From contig OX597815.1 of assembly GCA_951406725.2 (NCBI GenBank), positions 77,624,001-77,688,000 of the forward strand: DNA of 64,000 nucleotides, read 5' to 3'. This document shows, in pieces, positions 62,591 through 64,000 of this stretch (the first letter of the stretch is position 1; each line of letters begins with the position of its first letter). The translations under genes were made by a program, and so were the position numbers. The stretch is from Octopus vulgaris. Taxonomy: Eukaryota. The notes beneath the pieces were generated by a model that was given only the letters and a program-made list of their open reading frames with translations, ran no database searches and was not told the DNA's origin.

Positions 62591-64000
62591 ATTTGGTGAA
62601 GAGCTTTCCTCAACTCCTAGAGGTTGCTGGTGATATATTACATAGAAAATATAACTGTCTCCTCTCAGTCTTTTTTATGACTGATATAATGATCTCTGCT
62701 CCTCAGAGCTGGCTAGTCTTGTACCTTCACTCCTCAGGTATCCTTGTCCCACTTACCTTTCTATCTCTGCACCCTTGATGCATTCAGCCTCCATTTCTTT
62801 CACACTAACCATTATGTCCAATCCTTCATCCCCAGAACATAATCTCCCTGGAATCTCTTCCTTGCTCATGTTTTTCCTGCTAGTGTTGACTGGCAATGTA
62901 TTTTACACAGTCACCAGTCTCAAAAGCCTTCAAGTGTCATGGGTTCTGTCCTGTTCTTTAAACTTAGAAAATAAAAAAGAAATGAGTTTCTTTTGATTTG
63001 TTGGTACAGAATGTACCTTAAATCTATCATCAAAATTTCTTGATAAGCCTAGAAACATTGGAAGAAAGGGAGGAGCAGGGAACTATATCAGGCAGTTAAA
63101 AGAGAAGCAAGAGGTCAGGTATACTTTGCCAATGTTCTATGAGGAGAGAACCAGGTGTTAGTCCCCATTGCTAAACAATGTCTCAAATGTAACATTTTGG
63201 AAAAGTGTGTTTTGAAATGACAATGATGCACTTAACTTTCACTATTCCTGAAAAGAAAGAAGTTTGGAAATGATATTACAAGAGTTTGCTGAATTTAGAG
63301 TAAACAGTGATGTCTAATCCAAGCGACATCAACAGAGGGATCTACTTTTGACATATGAATGATTGAAAGCACAGTTAAAGAGATAAAAAGAGAGCAGGTG
63401 GTTCATCAAGAATAGTCACTGAGATACTAAAAATATTTGATGAAGTAGAACATGCACTGTACACTTGCATAGTTAGTCAAGTAGCATAGAAGTATCATCA
63501 TCATCATTATCATCTGCAACAAGGATGAAAGAAATTCTCCAGAAACAAACATCTGCATAAGTATCAAACCAAGATAGGAATGTAACAGAAAGAATATTAG
63601 CACAGTTTATTAGAAGAGAATCAGTTTAGATGAGATGTAATTTGGATTTCTGTGAAGACAGGATGCTACTGACGTTTTGCCCTTATCAAATGTTTGTGAA
63701 GTCTTTTTGCCTCCTCATCCTTTGAAAATACAAAATAGAATTTGCATTCATAAAATTTATCTTTCTTCATCTTAGTTTTGGAGAAATCTAAAAAAAGTTT
63801 GATGTCATCTTAATTTTGTTAAAAACCAGTAATCAGTTCCACTTGCTTTTCAATTCTCATAACTTCCTGCTATGAGAAATACTGCCCTGGGCTATAACAG
63901 AGGAATTTAAGACAGACTGTCTGTATGAACTTTAATATGTCCATGACCTAGTTGTCACATCTTTGCTGAAAATTTGCTCAAGAAATTCTAAATATGAAAG

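Overview
AT-rich, microsatellite-dense eukaryotic DNA. The tRNA-headed SINE families and repeat landscape look like an octopod cephalopod genome (inference, no database check). No complete host gene can be read. The window is mostly transposon material: a full-length but mutated RTE LINE with a 12-bp TSD, inserted at the 3' end of an R4/Dong-like RLE element; a young 5'-truncated CR1-group LINE; a Merlin (IS1595-like) transposase pseudogene with related MITEs carrying TTAGGG repeats; Tc1, mariner, maT (DD37D), Tigger and hAT relics; two non-autonomous Helitrons; Penelope-like relics; and many SINEs. The most notable signals are (1) a dispersed set of minimal type-I hammerhead ribozyme motifs tied to foldback/pLTR-like repeats, (2) phase-compatible candidate exons on the + strand at about 44-56 kb, next to an inverted SINE pair, and (3) a CpG-retaining domain at about 39-58 kb between CpG-depleted flanks. 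Most ORFs in the supplied track are microsatellite translations. Boundaries of degraded elements are approximate.
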